A DNA stretch of 64,000 bases from Verrucomicrobiota bacterium (lineage in GTDB: Bacteria; Verrucomicrobiota; Verrucomicrobiia; Limisphaerales; UBA8199). Of this stretch, positions 1 to 10,039 are shown one piece after another. The translations under genes were made by a program, and so were the position numbers. The notes below the pieces were generated by a model. It worked only from the letters and a program-made list of their open reading frames with translations, searched no databases and was not told the DNA's origin. The DNA is taken from positions 223 through 64,222 of the forward strand of contig PSRM01000234.1 in NCBI GenBank assembly GCA_003176045.1, in the 5' to 3' direction. Position 1 is the stretch's first letter. Each line of letters opens with the position of its first letter.

Positions 1-1201
1 GCGAGATGACGCAATGATCTCCCACGCGCGCATTTTTATCGATCACCGCATTCTCGATGCGCGTCTTCTCACCCACTCCGATACGCGGTTCGGCACTTTG
101 CGCGCGCTGGGCCACGGATTGCTCAGTCTCGTAATAGTCGCTCCCCATCATAATGGTCCGCGTCAATTGGCTGCCGCGTCCGACGATACTGCGCAACCCC
201 AGAATGCTTTCCCGGATCGTGGCGTCGTTCAGGATGCAACCATCGGATATCAGCGACTGCTCGATTTTTGCGCCGTTGATTTTGGATGAAGGCAGAAAGC
301 GCGGGCGGGTATAAACCGGCGCGGTCATATCGAACAGATCGAAGCGCGGCATGGCTGCTGTGAGATCGAGGTTGCAGTCGAAGAAAGCCCGAATCGTCCC
401 AATGTCCTCCCAGGCGCCCTGAAATATATACGCGCAAACTCGGCGAGAATTCAGCGCGCGCGGGATGACGTCTTTACCGAAGTCAGGGTTTGCCTCGTTC
501 AGTAATTCCAGCAGCGCTTTCCGGTTAAAGACGTAAATCCCCATCGAGGCCAGGAACCGCTCATCGCCTGCGCCCAGCCCCAGCTTTGCCTGCCACTCGC
601 CGGCCAGTTTAAATGCATCCTGCACGACCGGGTCTTTGGGCTTCTCCACAAAATCCGTGATGCGCAACTCGGCATCAACGCGCATCACGCCGAAACCGGG
701 CACGTCCTTGCGCGGCACGGGCAGCGTGGAGACGGTGATATCCGCCTTCGTAGCGATGTGCTGGCCCAGCAGGGAGCGGTAATCCATCCGATACAATTGG
801 TCCCCGCTCAAAATCAGCATGTAATCGAACGGAGTGCTTTGAAAATGTAGAAAATTCTTGCGAACCGCGTCAGCCGTGCCCTCGTACCAGGAAGTGTCCG
901 TAAGCGTCTGTTCGGCGGCCAGGATCTCAACAAACCCGCCCGAGAAATGGTCGAATTTATACGATTGCGAAATGTGCCGGTGCAGCGACGCAGAATTGAA
1001 CTGGGTGAGCAGGTAAATCCGGAGCAAGCCCGAGTTGATGCAGTTGGAAATGGGAATATCCACCAACCGGTATTTGCCTCCCAGGGGCACGGCGGGTTTT
1101 GCCCGGTCCTTGGTGAGCGGGAACAGCCTCGTCCCCCGGCCACCACCCAGGATGACGGCCAGGACGTTATGCGAACCGAATGGAAGGTAAGCTTCAGCCA
1201 T
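1..1201 (-). CDS. glgC: glucose-1-phosphate adenylyltransferase (3' end cut by window edge)
   Basis: Absent from the ORF track because it runs off the window. My reverse-strand translation from ATG 1201..1199 reads MAEAYLPFGSHNVLAVILGGGRGTRLFPLTKDRAKPAVPLGGKYRLVDIPISNCINSG..., the canonical GlgC N-terminus, and stays open to position 1. Confidence 0.9.
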   Translation of the reverse strand, partial: MAEAYLPFGSHNVLAVILGGGRGTRLFPLTKDRAKPAVPLGGKYRLVDIPISNCINSGLLRIYLLTQFNSASLHRHISQSYKFDHFSGGFVEILAAEQTLTDTSWYEGTADAVRKNFLHFQSTPFDYMLILSGDQLYRMDYRSLLGQHIATKADITVSTLPVPRKDVPGFGVMRVDAELRITDFVEKPKDPVVQDAFKLAGEWQAKLGLGAGDERFLASMGIYVFNRKALLELLNEANPDFGKDVIPRALNSRRVCAYIFQGAWEDIGTIRAFFDCNLDLTAAMPRFDLFDMTAPVYTRPRFLPSSKINGAKIEQSLISDGCILNDATIRESILGLRSIVGRGSQLTRTIMMGSDYYETEQSVAQRAQSAEPRIGVGEKTRIENAVIDKNARVGDHCVIS

Positions 1202-1496
1202 TCCCAATTGGAAACTTAGGCCCCCTGAGTAATGGCGTCGAGGTGGGGCAAAGACCTGATATAACGACCACAGACCACAGACCGCAGGACCACTATAGAG
1301 TCAACCGGGCTAACTCAGTTAAGTGGCTTCAAATTGTTGTCACAGTATCAACGAGGCCGGTAAGAGTTTCTCCCATTTGTTTAAGTAGGAGGTGGAAACA
1401 AAATCCGCCTTATGCAAACCAGACTCGCCAATTCACGATTCGGATGGGTCTGGCGCGCGGCAGGAATCGAGGGCCGACTTTCGAGCCCAATGCCTG

Positions 1497-1525
1497 GTCC
1501 CGCAGGGACGGCAGATAATAGCCCA
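1497..1525. repeat. partial copy of the nested-palindrome element (gtcccgcagggacggcaga-aatagccca unit)
   Basis: Matches the unit found in the three full elements at 58.8, 61.3 and 63.1 kb. Confidence 0.6.
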
Positions 1526-1543
1526 TCCCCGGACGCCCCTGAC

Positions 1544-1592
1544 TTTCCACCTTTCCACTAATCCACCATTCCATCGTTCCATCATTCCATCC
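1544..1592. repeat. short-word tandem array (TTCCA/ATTCCA words)
   Basis: tttccacctttccactaatccaccattccatcgttccatcattccatcc; the same words recur at 15176-15208. Confidence 0.85.
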
Positions 1593-1805
1593 TCACTTTC
1601 CCCGTAATAGTTCCCCCCGGCTGTTGAAGTAGGAGGTGGACAAACCGTCCTTTCGCGAGTGCGCAAGGCGGCCCTGGGTCGAATGAAATCGGCGGCGAAA
1701 ATAACGTGTGAGGACGCCGCCGGTTTCTGCCGCCTGGGTAAGAGTTGAACCAAACGAAACATAAAATCGAGTTGGACCGAAACCCCGATCGGCACACCTC
1801 AAAGC

Positions 1806-3992
1806 TTGAAAGACATTATGATTACAATCGCCAACACCGTTACGAATATCATCAGGACCATTATCCCGTTTGGGCGAAGCTCGCAGCCTGGCAGGCCGCA
1901 GCCGCTTGCCATTTCCTGGAGACCGCTTGAGCAGTGGCGACCGGCCATCATTCGATTGAGCCCATCCAATTTCGCCAAGCCTGCGCCCGCCGCGCGAGGC
2001 GTCCGCTCTCCCCTGCGCACGATTGCGAGTTGCGTGGTGTGCGCCGCTGTATTCCTGAGCGCTATGTTTTCCGGTCGGGCCCAGAGCTCCACCCACGCTC
2101 CTCTCAATGGCACCTTCGCCAACAACGGCGACGGCTGGAATAACATTGGCGATCGCAGTGTCGGCGATCCTCACGTGACTACCGACAGTAACGGCACGAC
2201 CGTAGCGCGAATCGGAAAGGACGGCAGCACACCGGGAAAGGCAGGCAAATCAATCTCTACCAAGGTTCCCGACCAATGTGATAACGGTTCTGGAAACTGC
2301 GGGATCAAATTCCACGCAAATTTCACCCAGGCTTCCAACGAAATCGCCAAGGTGCAAATTAACCTGAAGAACAATAACCCGGTCGCCGCAGTCAATAAAC
2401 ATTCCAGAACCGGAACGATTGGAGCCGGATCAGGAAACTGGGTGATTAATCATCCCGACCAATGTGGCGATTTTATCTCCGTCATCTTTTGGATCGAATC
2501 CAACGGTAAGCCGGTTCAGTCCACTTTGGATATCTCGAATGTCGTTGTGACGTGTGACGGTGCGGCGGCTAACGTGCTGGCCATGGCTCTCCCTCAATTC
2601 GGCGATCCGACCGGACCGTCCTATCCGTTGCCTTTAGGCGGCGCTTACGCCGGCTTACCCCCCACAAACTCGGCAATGACTTACCAATGCTCGGCTGGTT
2701 TATCGCCCCTGGCCGATCCCTTTTCCTCGGTCAGCAATTCTCTTGATGAAGTGCTGCCCGCCCACGACCAAACCATTTTTTACAAATATGACCCGCAAAG
2801 CGGCTCGTTCGACAGTTATTACCGAAGTTCCGGCCAGTGGGTGCCCCAGGGCGGAACGTTCGGCCCGGGAGATGCCGCCTTCATTTATAGCCCCGTAGCT
2901 CAACAGTTCGTTTTCACAGGTCAGTACGTGCCCTTTGCATTCAGCCAGCATCCGTCCTCCGGCTCGGCCTTCTTCGCCAATACAGCGGATCGGCCCGCGA
3001 GCTTCGGTGAGGTGATGGGCTTCGAACCCGTGCTCGGAGATGTGTTGGTGATGTTCAAGCATGGCGATACCAACAGCGGCGCCCCTCCCGGAACCCCGGT
3101 CACGGTGTTTACGTACCAAACGAACAACTTTGCCCTCGATCCCATTATCCAACCCGGAGAAACCGTGCAGGTAATCTTTGCCGACCCGACCCAGGTGCCC
3201 CTCTCGATACTCCCATTATCACTAGCTTCGGGGGCGCCCGCAACCAATGTGCTGGTCACAGCCCCTTGGGGTTTGCCGAGTGACGGCATTCTTCAAATCT
3301 CCGATTCACTGGGAACAGGCGCACCGTGGAAGTCGCTCATGGGTGTCGCCGATTACTATTGGGAGCCCGCTACCAATTCCGCGCGCTGGTATCGGCTCGG
3401 GTTCAATCTTCCCACCGAACGCCTCTACGGCTATCTCATGCAATCCAACGGCGCGCCGGCTTCTGGTGTCTCACTGCAGCTTGCCCCGAACGGCGCCTAC
3501 CAACTGTCCGACATGAACGGCATGTTCAGCTTCTTCGACGTTCCAATAAGTTTGGTGGATCTCGAGATCGCCTCGACCATTCAAGTCACTACTTCAACCA
3601 ATTCGCAGACCAATGCGCTCTCCAGCTTCTATACCGTCAGTTTGCCCGTGACGATAGACATGACCCAACAGTCATCCGTGATGTTGAAGGAGAACTTCGT
3701 TCCCCAGGCTGTCGTGATACCCAACCCTGCCTCCTGCCCGTGCATACCTTGGTGCGGCATCGTCGGCGGGAGCGTCGGCGGCGCGCAAAAGGTCGTGGCC
3801 GGCGGTGGTTCGATACCCAATCCATGTCCCAACGGCCCTGCCACCGTGACCATCACCTGGAACGGCAATGTCTTGTGGCAGGGGGCGGGGGACGGCAAAC
3901 CCCACACATTCTCGCCTGCTCCAAACGGAGTCTGGAAGGTTACTTCGACAGTGTGCGGGAATTCAAAAACCTCCTCGATCACGCTGCCTTAA
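1806..3992 (+). CDS. large secreted hypothetical protein with a C-terminal carboxypeptidase-regulatory-like beta-sandwich segment
   Basis: 728-aa ORF. A hydrophobic signal-like segment (CVVCAAVFLSAMFSGRAQS) lies about 70 aa into the ORF, so the true start may be an internal TTG/GTG. The sequence is Gly/Ser/Thr/Pro-rich and extracellular-looking. Confidence 0.6.
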   Translation: MKDIMITIANTVTNIIRTIIPFGRSSQPGRPQPLAISWRPLEQWRPAIIRLSPSNFAKPAPAARGVRSPLRTIASCVVCAAVFLSAMFSGRAQSSTHAPLNGTFANNGDGWNNIGDRSVGDPHVTTDSNGTTVARIGKDGSTPGKAGKSISTKVPDQCDNGSGNCGIKFHANFTQASNEIAKVQINLKNNNPVAAVNKHSRTGTIGAGSGNWVINHPDQCGDFISVIFWIESNGKPVQSTLDISNVVVTCDGAAANVLAMALPQFGDPTGPSYPLPLGGAYAGLPPTNSAMTYQCSAGLSPLADPFSSVSNSLDEVLPAHDQTIFYKYDPQSGSFDSYYRSSGQWVPQGGTFGPGDAAFIYSPVAQQFVFTGQYVPFAFSQHPSSGSAFFANTADRPASFGEVMGFEPVLGDVLVMFKHGDTNSGAPPGTPVTVFTYQTNNFALDPIIQPGETVQVIFADPTQVPLSILPLSLASGAPATNVLVTAPWGLPSDGILQISDSLGTGAPWKSLMGVADYYWEPATNSARWYRLGFNLPTERLYGYLMQSNGAPASGVSLQLAPNGAYQLSDMNGMFSFFDVPISLVDLEIASTIQVTTSTNSQTNALSSFYTVSLPVTIDMTQQSSVMLKENFVPQAVVIPNPASCPCIPWCGIVGGSVGGAQKVVAGGGSIPNPCPNGPATVTITWNGNVLWQGAGDGKPHTFSPAPNGVWKVTSTVCGNSKTSSITLP

Positions 3993-4080
3993 ATCGTCCA
4001 ACCCGCAGGGTTCGCAGAATGTATTCGCGATAGAAATTGCTTTTTGTGCTGGCAACCACTATTATCGATCGTCAAATCAC

Positions 4081-5289
4081 ATGAATGATCACTCGGTCAG
4101 GCCACCAGACCGGACCCGTCTGCTGATTTATTTGAGCATTGCGGCTCAGGCGGTGGCTTGGACCGCTTCTGGAGGGGACGGCGCGCAACTGATTTCAGTA
4201 TCCGTGCAGCCCGGCACGCAGGTGATGCCCCGAACGGTGTTTACGCAAAAGTGGACCATGCAGAACACTGGAACGACCACCTGGTCGCCTGCTCATTCCG
4301 GGTACACATTAAATCTTGCGGGCAACGATGCTTTAGGCGCCATGCCTCGTTCAGCGAGCCCGTATGCGTCGTCGTACATTCCTGTCGCAATCATTGACGC
4401 CGGGACCTCGGTGGCGCCAGGAGCCCAAGCCACGTTCAGTATGGATTTCACCGCGCCGGAAAAGGCTGGTTCGTACACTAACACTTTTCAACTCAACAGC
4501 GCCAGCGGCACGGACTTCGGCCCGCAGGTCACGGTGCAAATTGTAGTACCCCAGGCGGGCTCGACCAACCAGTATGATCGCGCCCGGGCGGTTTCGTACG
4601 CCAATAACTACGCCGGTTACGTTTGCACCGATGGCTTCTTCTGGACCAATGGCTCCAGCTATACGAACGCTGGATCAGGCGCGCCCGTGCCTACCTACGT
4701 CGTCGGCGATGACTGCGCGCATTTCATCTCTTGCTGCATCGGTAGCGAGGCCCACCTGCGAGGCGGCGGACTCTATATTCCGAGCAGAGCCTCGCCGACT
4801 TATGGCGAGCCGGGGGCATCAAGACTCGTCAACACCGTGCTCATCGGAGGCGGCTGGGCCACGGAAGTCTCTTCGCTCAACAGCATGTCGCCGGGCGACG
4901 TGATTGGGTGGAACTGGGAAGGCGACACGAATATTGCAAATCTCGATCACGTAACTCTTTACGTGGGAAACGGCCTGCTGGCGGCCCACGCCAATTCGCA
5001 TTTGGATGTGTCTGCAACCACGTGGTATCAAAGTTCGACACCAGGTTGCGTCCGTCACCTGGTCCATATATTTGACTCGCCCACCCTGGCCGGCAACAAG
5101 TTGGGACAGAATCTGGTTTTGTCCTGGCGAACCAACTGGACCGGGTATTCCCTGTATTCGGCGACCTCTCTGGCCCCAGGCGCCGCGTGGACCAAGGTTT
5201 CAACGACTCCTGTAACGGTCGGCACCTCGAAAACGGTGACCAATACCATCACGCAAAACGCCGTGTTTTTCAGGCTGGTGCATCCTTGA
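4081..5289 (+). CDS. secreted NBR1-type Ig-like (FW) domain plus putative amidase-domain protein
   Basis: ATG at 4081 followed by a TM/signal segment (LLIYLSIAAQAVAW). FTQKWTMQNTGTTTWSP...FQLNSASGTDFGPQVTVQIVV resembles the NBR1 Ig-like domain. YDRARAVSYANNYA...DDCAHFISCCIG resembles the putative amidase domain (Amidase_6). Confidence 0.7.
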   Translation: MNDHSVRPPDRTRLLIYLSIAAQAVAWTASGGDGAQLISVSVQPGTQVMPRTVFTQKWTMQNTGTTTWSPAHSGYTLNLAGNDALGAMPRSASPYASSYIPVAIIDAGTSVAPGAQATFSMDFTAPEKAGSYTNTFQLNSASGTDFGPQVTVQIVVPQAGSTNQYDRARAVSYANNYAGYVCTDGFFWTNGSSYTNAGSGAPVPTYVVGDDCAHFISCCIGSEAHLRGGGLYIPSRASPTYGEPGASRLVNTVLIGGGWATEVSSLNSMSPGDVIGWNWEGDTNIANLDHVTLYVGNGLLAAHANSHLDVSATTWYQSSTPGCVRHLVHIFDSPTLAGNKLGQNLVLSWRTNWTGYSLYSATSLAPGAAWTKVSTTPVTVGTSKTVTNTITQNAVFFRLVHP

Positions 5290-5293
5290 TTCA

Positions 5294-5542
5294 ATGAAGG
5301 AGTACCAGGCGCTTGCCCGCGAATTCAACCTGGCCCAGGAAAAGCGCAACAAGGCTGTCGAAGACTACAACCAGGCCGCCGATCAATTCAACGCCGCCGT
5401 TTCAAACCCTTTCAACGCAGGGCTGGTTAATCTGCAAGGGCTTAATGAAATAGCTAAAGCGAAGAAGGTTGTGTTGGATGCCAGAGGCTCGGATTTGGAT
5501 GACATAACCGCGCGGATGAAGGCAGTGTTATCGGAGAAATGA
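5294..5542 (+). CDS. small helical/coiled-coil hypothetical protein
   Basis: 82-aa ORF starting 4 nt after the upstream stop, with non-biased composition. No recognisable family. Confidence 0.4.
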   Translation: MKEYQALAREFNLAQEKRNKAVEDYNQAADQFNAAVSNPFNAGLVNLQGLNEIAKAKKVVLDARGSDLDDITARMKAVLSEK

Positions 5543-5670
5543 CTGCCACAAAACCAACGAGGGGAGAGGGGCATCCGGCACTTCGTCTTTCACTTTGCTT
5601 GCCACGCAAGAACATAGCCCCAGGGCACGACTCTGTTGCCGATCTCGGCCCGATTGCTTTCGAGGTGCTC

Positions 5671-6396
5671 TCACAACGGAAGGTTCGGCGGCGATTTGGG
5701 TTCGACATGTTCGTGGCTAGGGAAGGTTCTGTCGAGTACGACGGTTGGACTGAGTTTTTTAGGCAAGTTCGCCTTGCACCGGGCGTTCGATGGTATCTTG
5801 TTGGGCCTCCGCTGCCGCAGATATACCACCAGCCTGTATCCCAGCAGAATCGCGAGCACTCCCATAAATGCCAGCGGCTGGCGCGTGTCGGCCTTTACCT
5901 GCATATAATAGTGGATCACACCGGCGACTGCAGCCACGTACGCCAGACGGTGCAAGGCGCGCCAGCGTTTGCCGCCCAAACGTTTGATCATGGCATTGGT
6001 CGAGGTCACTGCCAACGGGACCATGACCAGCAGGCCGGTGCTGCCGACGATCAGATATTTGCGTTTGGCCATTTCCGACAATGTGCCCGAGATGCTGAGC
6101 GATCGGTCCAGGGCGAAAAAAATCAGGAAGTGCGCGCAGGCGTAGAAGAAGGCGTAGAGCCCGAAGGTCCTCCGGAACGATATAATCCAGTTCAAGCCGC
6201 TGATCTTTCGCAGCGGCGTCACCAACATGGTCAGCATCAAAAACACCAGCGCCGACATGCCGGTGGTCAGGATGGCGAACTTGACGGGATTTGCTCCCAA
6301 CTGGTGGTTCCACGCATCCCAGGCCAGCAAGGCGGCCGGCACGGCGCAGTTGACTAGCACCAGGAGTTTGGTGAAACGGAGATTAGCCTCTTTCAT
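5671..6396 (-). CDS. msrQ: protein-methionine-sulfoxide reductase heme-binding subunit
   Basis: Multi-TM ferric-reductase-like protein (HFLIFFALD, conserved His residues) immediately downstream of msrP. Confidence 0.85.
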   Translation of the reverse strand: MKEANLRFTKLLVLVNCAVPAALLAWDAWNHQLGANPVKFAILTTGMSALVFLMLTMLVTPLRKISGLNWIISFRRTFGLYAFFYACAHFLIFFALDRSLSISGTLSEMAKRKYLIVGSTGLLVMVPLAVTSTNAMIKRLGGKRWRALHRLAYVAAVAGVIHYYMQVKADTRQPLAFMGVLAILLGYRLVVYLRQRRPNKIPSNARCKANLPKKLSPTVVLDRTFPSHEHVEPKSPPNLPL

Positions 6397-6425
6397 GGGG
6401 CTTCAGCGCGCAAATTTTCCGAATG

Positions 6426-6474
6426 TAACCTTGTAACCCATTTAACCATTTAACTCATTTAACCTATTTAACCC
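6426..6474. repeat. short-word tandem array (TTTAAC words)
   Basis: taaccttgtaacccatttaaccatttaactcatttaacctatttaaccc; the same word family recurs at 9991-10027. Confidence 0.85.
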
Positions 6475-6531
6475 TTTGGCGCAGCTCAGCCGCGCTCGGT
6501 TTATTCGTGGTTTGATCGACCGCTGCTGGCG

Positions 6532-7506
6532 TCAAAAATTCGTCCTCAGATCCATCCCCGCGTACAGATGGCCCACTTGCTCTTCGTACCCGTTGAACAT
6601 GAGGGTGGGACGCCGGCCGAATTCACCGATCCGCTGCTCAGTCGCCTGGCTCCAACGCGGATGATCCACATGCGGATTCACGTTTGCATAGAAGCCATAC
6701 TCGCGCGGCGCCTCGGAATTCCAGGTGGTGCGCGGCTGAGACGCGACCAGGGAGATTTTGACGATGGACTTGATGCCCTTGAATCCATACTTCCACGGAA
6801 CGACCAGCCGGATCGGCGCCCCATCCTGCGGCGGCAACGCGCGTCCATACAATCCGGTGGCCAGCAGTGTCAAGGGATGCCGCGCTTCGTCTAATCGCAA
6901 CCCTTCGACATAGGGCCACTGGAGCACGCCGGCGCTTTGTTCCGGCATGCGCTTTGGGTCCAATAGCGTCTCGAAGGCGACGTACTTCGCCTCCTCGAGC
7001 GGTTCGACTGCGTCCAGCAGTTTGGATAACGAGTAGCCGACCCACGGGATGACCATGGACCAGCCCTCGACGCAGCGCATGCGGTAGATTCGTTCTTCGG
7101 GCGGACTCAGTTTCAGTAAGTCGTCCAATTCAAAGACCCTGGGCATCTTCACCAGTCCTTCGACGGACACGCGCCACCCGGTTGTATTAAAGTTGGCGGC
7201 CAGTGGAGCGACGCTGGCTTTGTCAGTTGAGAATTCGTAGAAGTTATTGTAATGCGTGATGTCCTGGAGTGAAGTTTGCCGGTCCGCTGCTCGAAAGCCG
7301 GACGGATCCGTCGCCGGCGCCGGCACGGTCACGCCCTGGATCAGGGGAGTATTCACCTCGCCGCCGCCTGCCGGGTTCAGGCGCCTGTAAACCGCGCCGG
7401 TCGCGACGGCGCTGGCCGCGAGAATTCCCGCTCGAATAAAGTTCCGGCGATTGAAGTAAAGGGCCGGGTCCGTTACCTCGCTCGCGGATAGTTTTTTAGC
7501 CAGCAT
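6532..7506 (-). CDS. msrP: protein-methionine-sulfoxide reductase catalytic (molybdopterin) subunit
   Basis: Twin-arginine signal ([16 protein letters not shown]) and YedY/MsrP-like oxidoreductase molybdopterin-binding core. Confidence 0.9.
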   Translation of the reverse strand: MLAKKLSASEVTDPALYFNRRNFIRAGILAASAVATGAVYRRLNPAGGGEVNTPLIQGVTVPAPATDPSGFRAADRQTSLQDITHYNNFYEFSTDKASVAPLAANFNTTGWRVSVEGLVKMPRVFELDDLLKLSPPEERIYRMRCVEGWSMVIPWVGYSLSKLLDAVEPLEEAKYVAFETLLDPKRMPEQSAGVLQWPYVEGLRLDEARHPLTLLATGLYGRALPPQDGAPIRLVVPWKYGFKGIKSIVKISLVASQPRTTWNSEAPREYGFYANVNPHVDHPRWSQATEQRIGEFGRRPTLMFNGYEEQVGHLYAGMDLRTNF

Positions 7507-7536
7507 GTTTCACAGTCCGCTCAGGACGCCAACAGA

Positions 7537-7609
7537 GCGCCGCGTGAGGGCACGCGGCCTACAAGCCAAAACCGGTGCTCCTGTAGGCCGGGTGCCCTCA
7601 CCCGGCGCT
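7537..7609. repeat. REP-like inverted repeat (gagcgccgcgtgagggcacgcggcctaca / tgtaggccgggtgccctcacccggcgct)
   Basis: Imperfect 27-nt arms separated by about 18 nt, between the DUF1223 gene stop and the msrP start. Could also act as a terminator. Confidence 0.75.
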
Positions 7610-7640
7610 CCGGGGTATGAAATTTTCGGGTAAGGGGCTT

Positions 7641-8402
7641 TCATAGGGACACCAGCGGCGCCATGAGCCAGCATCCCGCTGCTTGCAGAGGCTCTAGATG
7701 TCCTGCCTCAGTCACCCAGAGAGCCAGTGCCAGACGGGCTCCCGGTACGCTACGTTTTGAAGCAAGCGTGAACTCGCCGGTTAAGGCGTCACCATGGCCA
7801 ACCAAGGCGGCCTTCTTGACCTCCAGCACAGTAAAATCGTGGTTAAGGCGGCGTCCTTCGTTTTCCCCCGCCTTCACGTCGGAGGTCAATCCGCAGGCCA
7901 ACAACGCGGCATGGACTTCGAATTTCTTCGCGGCATGTTCAATGGGAGCAAAGGTCGCGAGCCAATGGTTTGTGTCCGAAGAAGTAGCCGTCAGAACGCC
8001 GGCGTTCAATCCTACACTGACGGGAGCCTGCTTCTTCGCCGACCATTGCCAGTCCTTTCCGTTCAGCACGAATCCCGGCGTATAAACTGTGTCACTGCGC
8101 CACTGAGCCGCGTACTCACGCTGGCGGTCGGAAAACTTCCTCATCGCCCATGGATCTCGCCAGCCGAGGTGATCCCAATAATCAACGTGGAATGCCACCG
8201 GCACAAAGTCGTTCCATAAGCCAGGTGAGTCCTTCAATTGGCTTAACCATTTCTCGGCTGGTGGACAACTGCTGCACCCTTCAGAGGTGTATAGCTCCAG
8301 CAGTGCGACCTGCTTTGGCCCGCTTCAAACCTCAATCTGCGCGGTCCGGCCGTGGTCCGGCATGGCTGACACAAGGGCAACGCACATAAGCAACTTTCGC
8401 AT
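7641..8402 (-). pseudogene. DUF1223-family protein interrupted by an in-frame TGA (8327..8325)
   Basis: The ORF track gives only 7641..8237 (TTG start). Upstream in the same frame I read ATG(8402) MRKLLMCVALVSAMPDHGRTAQIEV-TGA-SGPKQVALLELYTSEGCSSCPPAEKWLSQL, the signal peptide plus the conserved CxxC head of DUF1223. FHVDYWDHLGWRDPW follows downstream. Confidence 0.6.
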
Positions 8403-8487
8403 ACCTTTTTCTGTTTCTATCCTGATCGTTAGTCGGGCAAAGCCAATAAACCTTACAAGAGGCTCCCAACGGAGTATCATAAGGACA

Positions 8488-9111
8488 ATGCAAACGGCGA
8501 CTCCTTCACCGGAACCTGGCCCAAAGCCAGCCTCGGGGCTTTCGGACCCAGAGCGCTGGGTGGATGAGCATGGCGACTATTTGTTCAAATTTGCATTGGT
8601 ACGATTGCGCGATCCGGTAAAGGCGGAGGATGCCGTCCAGGAAGCGTTTCTAGCGGCCCTGAAAAGCGGTCATCCGTTCGAGGGCCGCAGCGTCGAAAGG
8701 ACCTGGCTTGCCGGGATCTTAAAAAACAAGATCTTCGATCACTACCGCAAGGCCGGTCGCGAAACGAATTTTACCGACCTCGAATTCTACCGCGGCGAGG
8801 AAGGTGACCCTTTTGTGGCTGGAGGCGTGGGCAAAGGAGGCTGGATTCACGAACTCGGCCCGCAGGAGTGGCCGAACCCCGGCGAGAGCCTGGACAACGA
8901 TTTGTTCTGGAAAACCTACCAGGATTGCTCCAGCAAACTGCCCCAAAAGGTCGCCGCCGCCTTCAATTTGCGCGAGTTGGACGGGATGGAGAGCAAGGAA
9001 ATCTGCGCTTTGCTTGGCATCTCTGACAACAACCTGTGGGTGATGCTTCATCGGGCGCGCATGGCTTTGCGTCAGTGCCTGGAAACCAATTGGTTCGGCA
9101 AACACGCGTGA
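8488..9111 (+). CDS. ECF-type RNA polymerase sigma-70 family factor
   Basis: ATG at 8488. Region 2 (DAVQEAFLAAL) and region 4 HTH (ICALLGISDNNLWVMLHRARMALRQCL). Confidence 0.85.
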   Translation: MQTATPSPEPGPKPASGLSDPERWVDEHGDYLFKFALVRLRDPVKAEDAVQEAFLAALKSGHPFEGRSVERTWLAGILKNKIFDHYRKAGRETNFTDLEFYRGEEGDPFVAGGVGKGGWIHELGPQEWPNPGESLDNDLFWKTYQDCSSKLPQKVAAAFNLRELDGMESKEICALLGISDNNLWVMLHRARMALRQCLETNWFGKHA

Positions 9112-9190
9112 ACATTTGTGAAATACATGTAAGGAACTCGCGTTTTGGCCGACTAACAACTGCGGCAGCAGACTGCTCGAGCCTTAACAA

Positions 9191-9478
9191 ATGAACCTTT
9201 GGAAGAGGATTAGCTCAGCTTGCGCGGCGCTTTCACCCGATTGCCGCGAAGCTTCCCGCGCCCAATCCGAACTACTCGACCATCCCTTGCCTTGGCCGAG
9301 ACGGTTTGGCCTTCGAGTACATCTGCTGCTTTGCAAATGGTGCCGCCGTTACGGAAAGCAGATTAACTTTCTGCACCAAGCAACTCGCGATCATGCAGAC
9401 AATTTGGTAAGCGCCACCCCGCAAACTCTCTCCACTTCTGCCCGAGACCGGATCAAAAAGCGGCTGATGGAGAAGTGA
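9191..9478 (+). CDS. putative zinc-binding anti-sigma factor
   Basis: Directly downstream of the ECF sigma gene and contains an HxxxCxxC motif (HLLLCKWC). Confidence 0.55.
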   Translation: MNLWKRISSACAALSPDCREASRAQSELLDHPLPWPRRFGLRVHLLLCKWCRRYGKQINFLHQATRDHADNLVSATPQTLSTSARDRIKKRLMEK

Positions 9479-9725
9479 TCACGCCCTGCGTCTTTGGTTC
9501 AAATCATATGTGTTTACAGGCAAATTAAACGGGGGTGGAGTCAAGCGTGAGGCGCCGCGGGTTGGCCGCTACCGGATATCCCGAACCCCGACCCTTGAAC
9601 TCCTGGCGTGACCGGCAGGATAACGGCGGGCTTCACAAGATGGCCAAAATGCCGCGTGGAGCGCAATACGACCTGGCGCCGACGGTGAGCGGGTGAGGGG
9701 TGCATATTGATACTGCCACCATGCA

Positions 9726-9832
9726 GGAGCGCGGCATTTATGCCGCTTCACCGTCCGTAGCGCGATGAACGGGCCTGATAACCCGGGCGTTTCGTGCGTT
9801 CGGGGCGTGAAGCGGCATAAATGCCGCGCTCC
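9726..9832. repeat. REP-like inverted repeat pair (ggagcgcggcatttatgccgcttcac / reverse complement)
   Basis: Perfect 26-nt arms at 9726-9751 and 9807-9832, each containing the small palindrome ggcatttatgcc. Confidence 0.9.
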
Positions 9833-9990
9833 GTGCCCCCAGCGGCCGCTGCCAACCGGGGCGATAGCGCCGCCGGTGAGGTGGGTTCAGAATTCCTCTT
9901 GCGCTTTGGCGGGAGTGGGAGCAGATAACTATTACACGGACTGGTTAAATGGCAAAAGTGACACGGTTTTCAAAAGAGCTGCGTGTACCC

Positions 9991-10027
9991 ATTTTAACTA
10001 TTTAACTTTTTTAACTATTTAACTTTA
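9991..10027. repeat. short-word tandem array (TTTAAC words)
   Basis: attttaactatttaacttttttaactatttaacttta, just upstream of treS. Confidence 0.85.
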
Positions 10028-10039
10028 GGTCACAGAACG

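Noticed and set aside
5539-6357. 272-aa plus-strand ORF and 184-aa minus ORF overlapping msrQ
   Set aside because: The msrQ frame gives a coherent heme-binding membrane protein next to msrP. The alternatives are Arg/Gly-rich antisense or off-frame artefacts.
8287-8487. Long N-terminal extension of the ECF sigma factor ORF (274-aa model)
   Set aside because: The extension overlaps the divergent DUF1223 gene head and is not sigma-like. The conserved sigma regions begin after the ATG at 8488.
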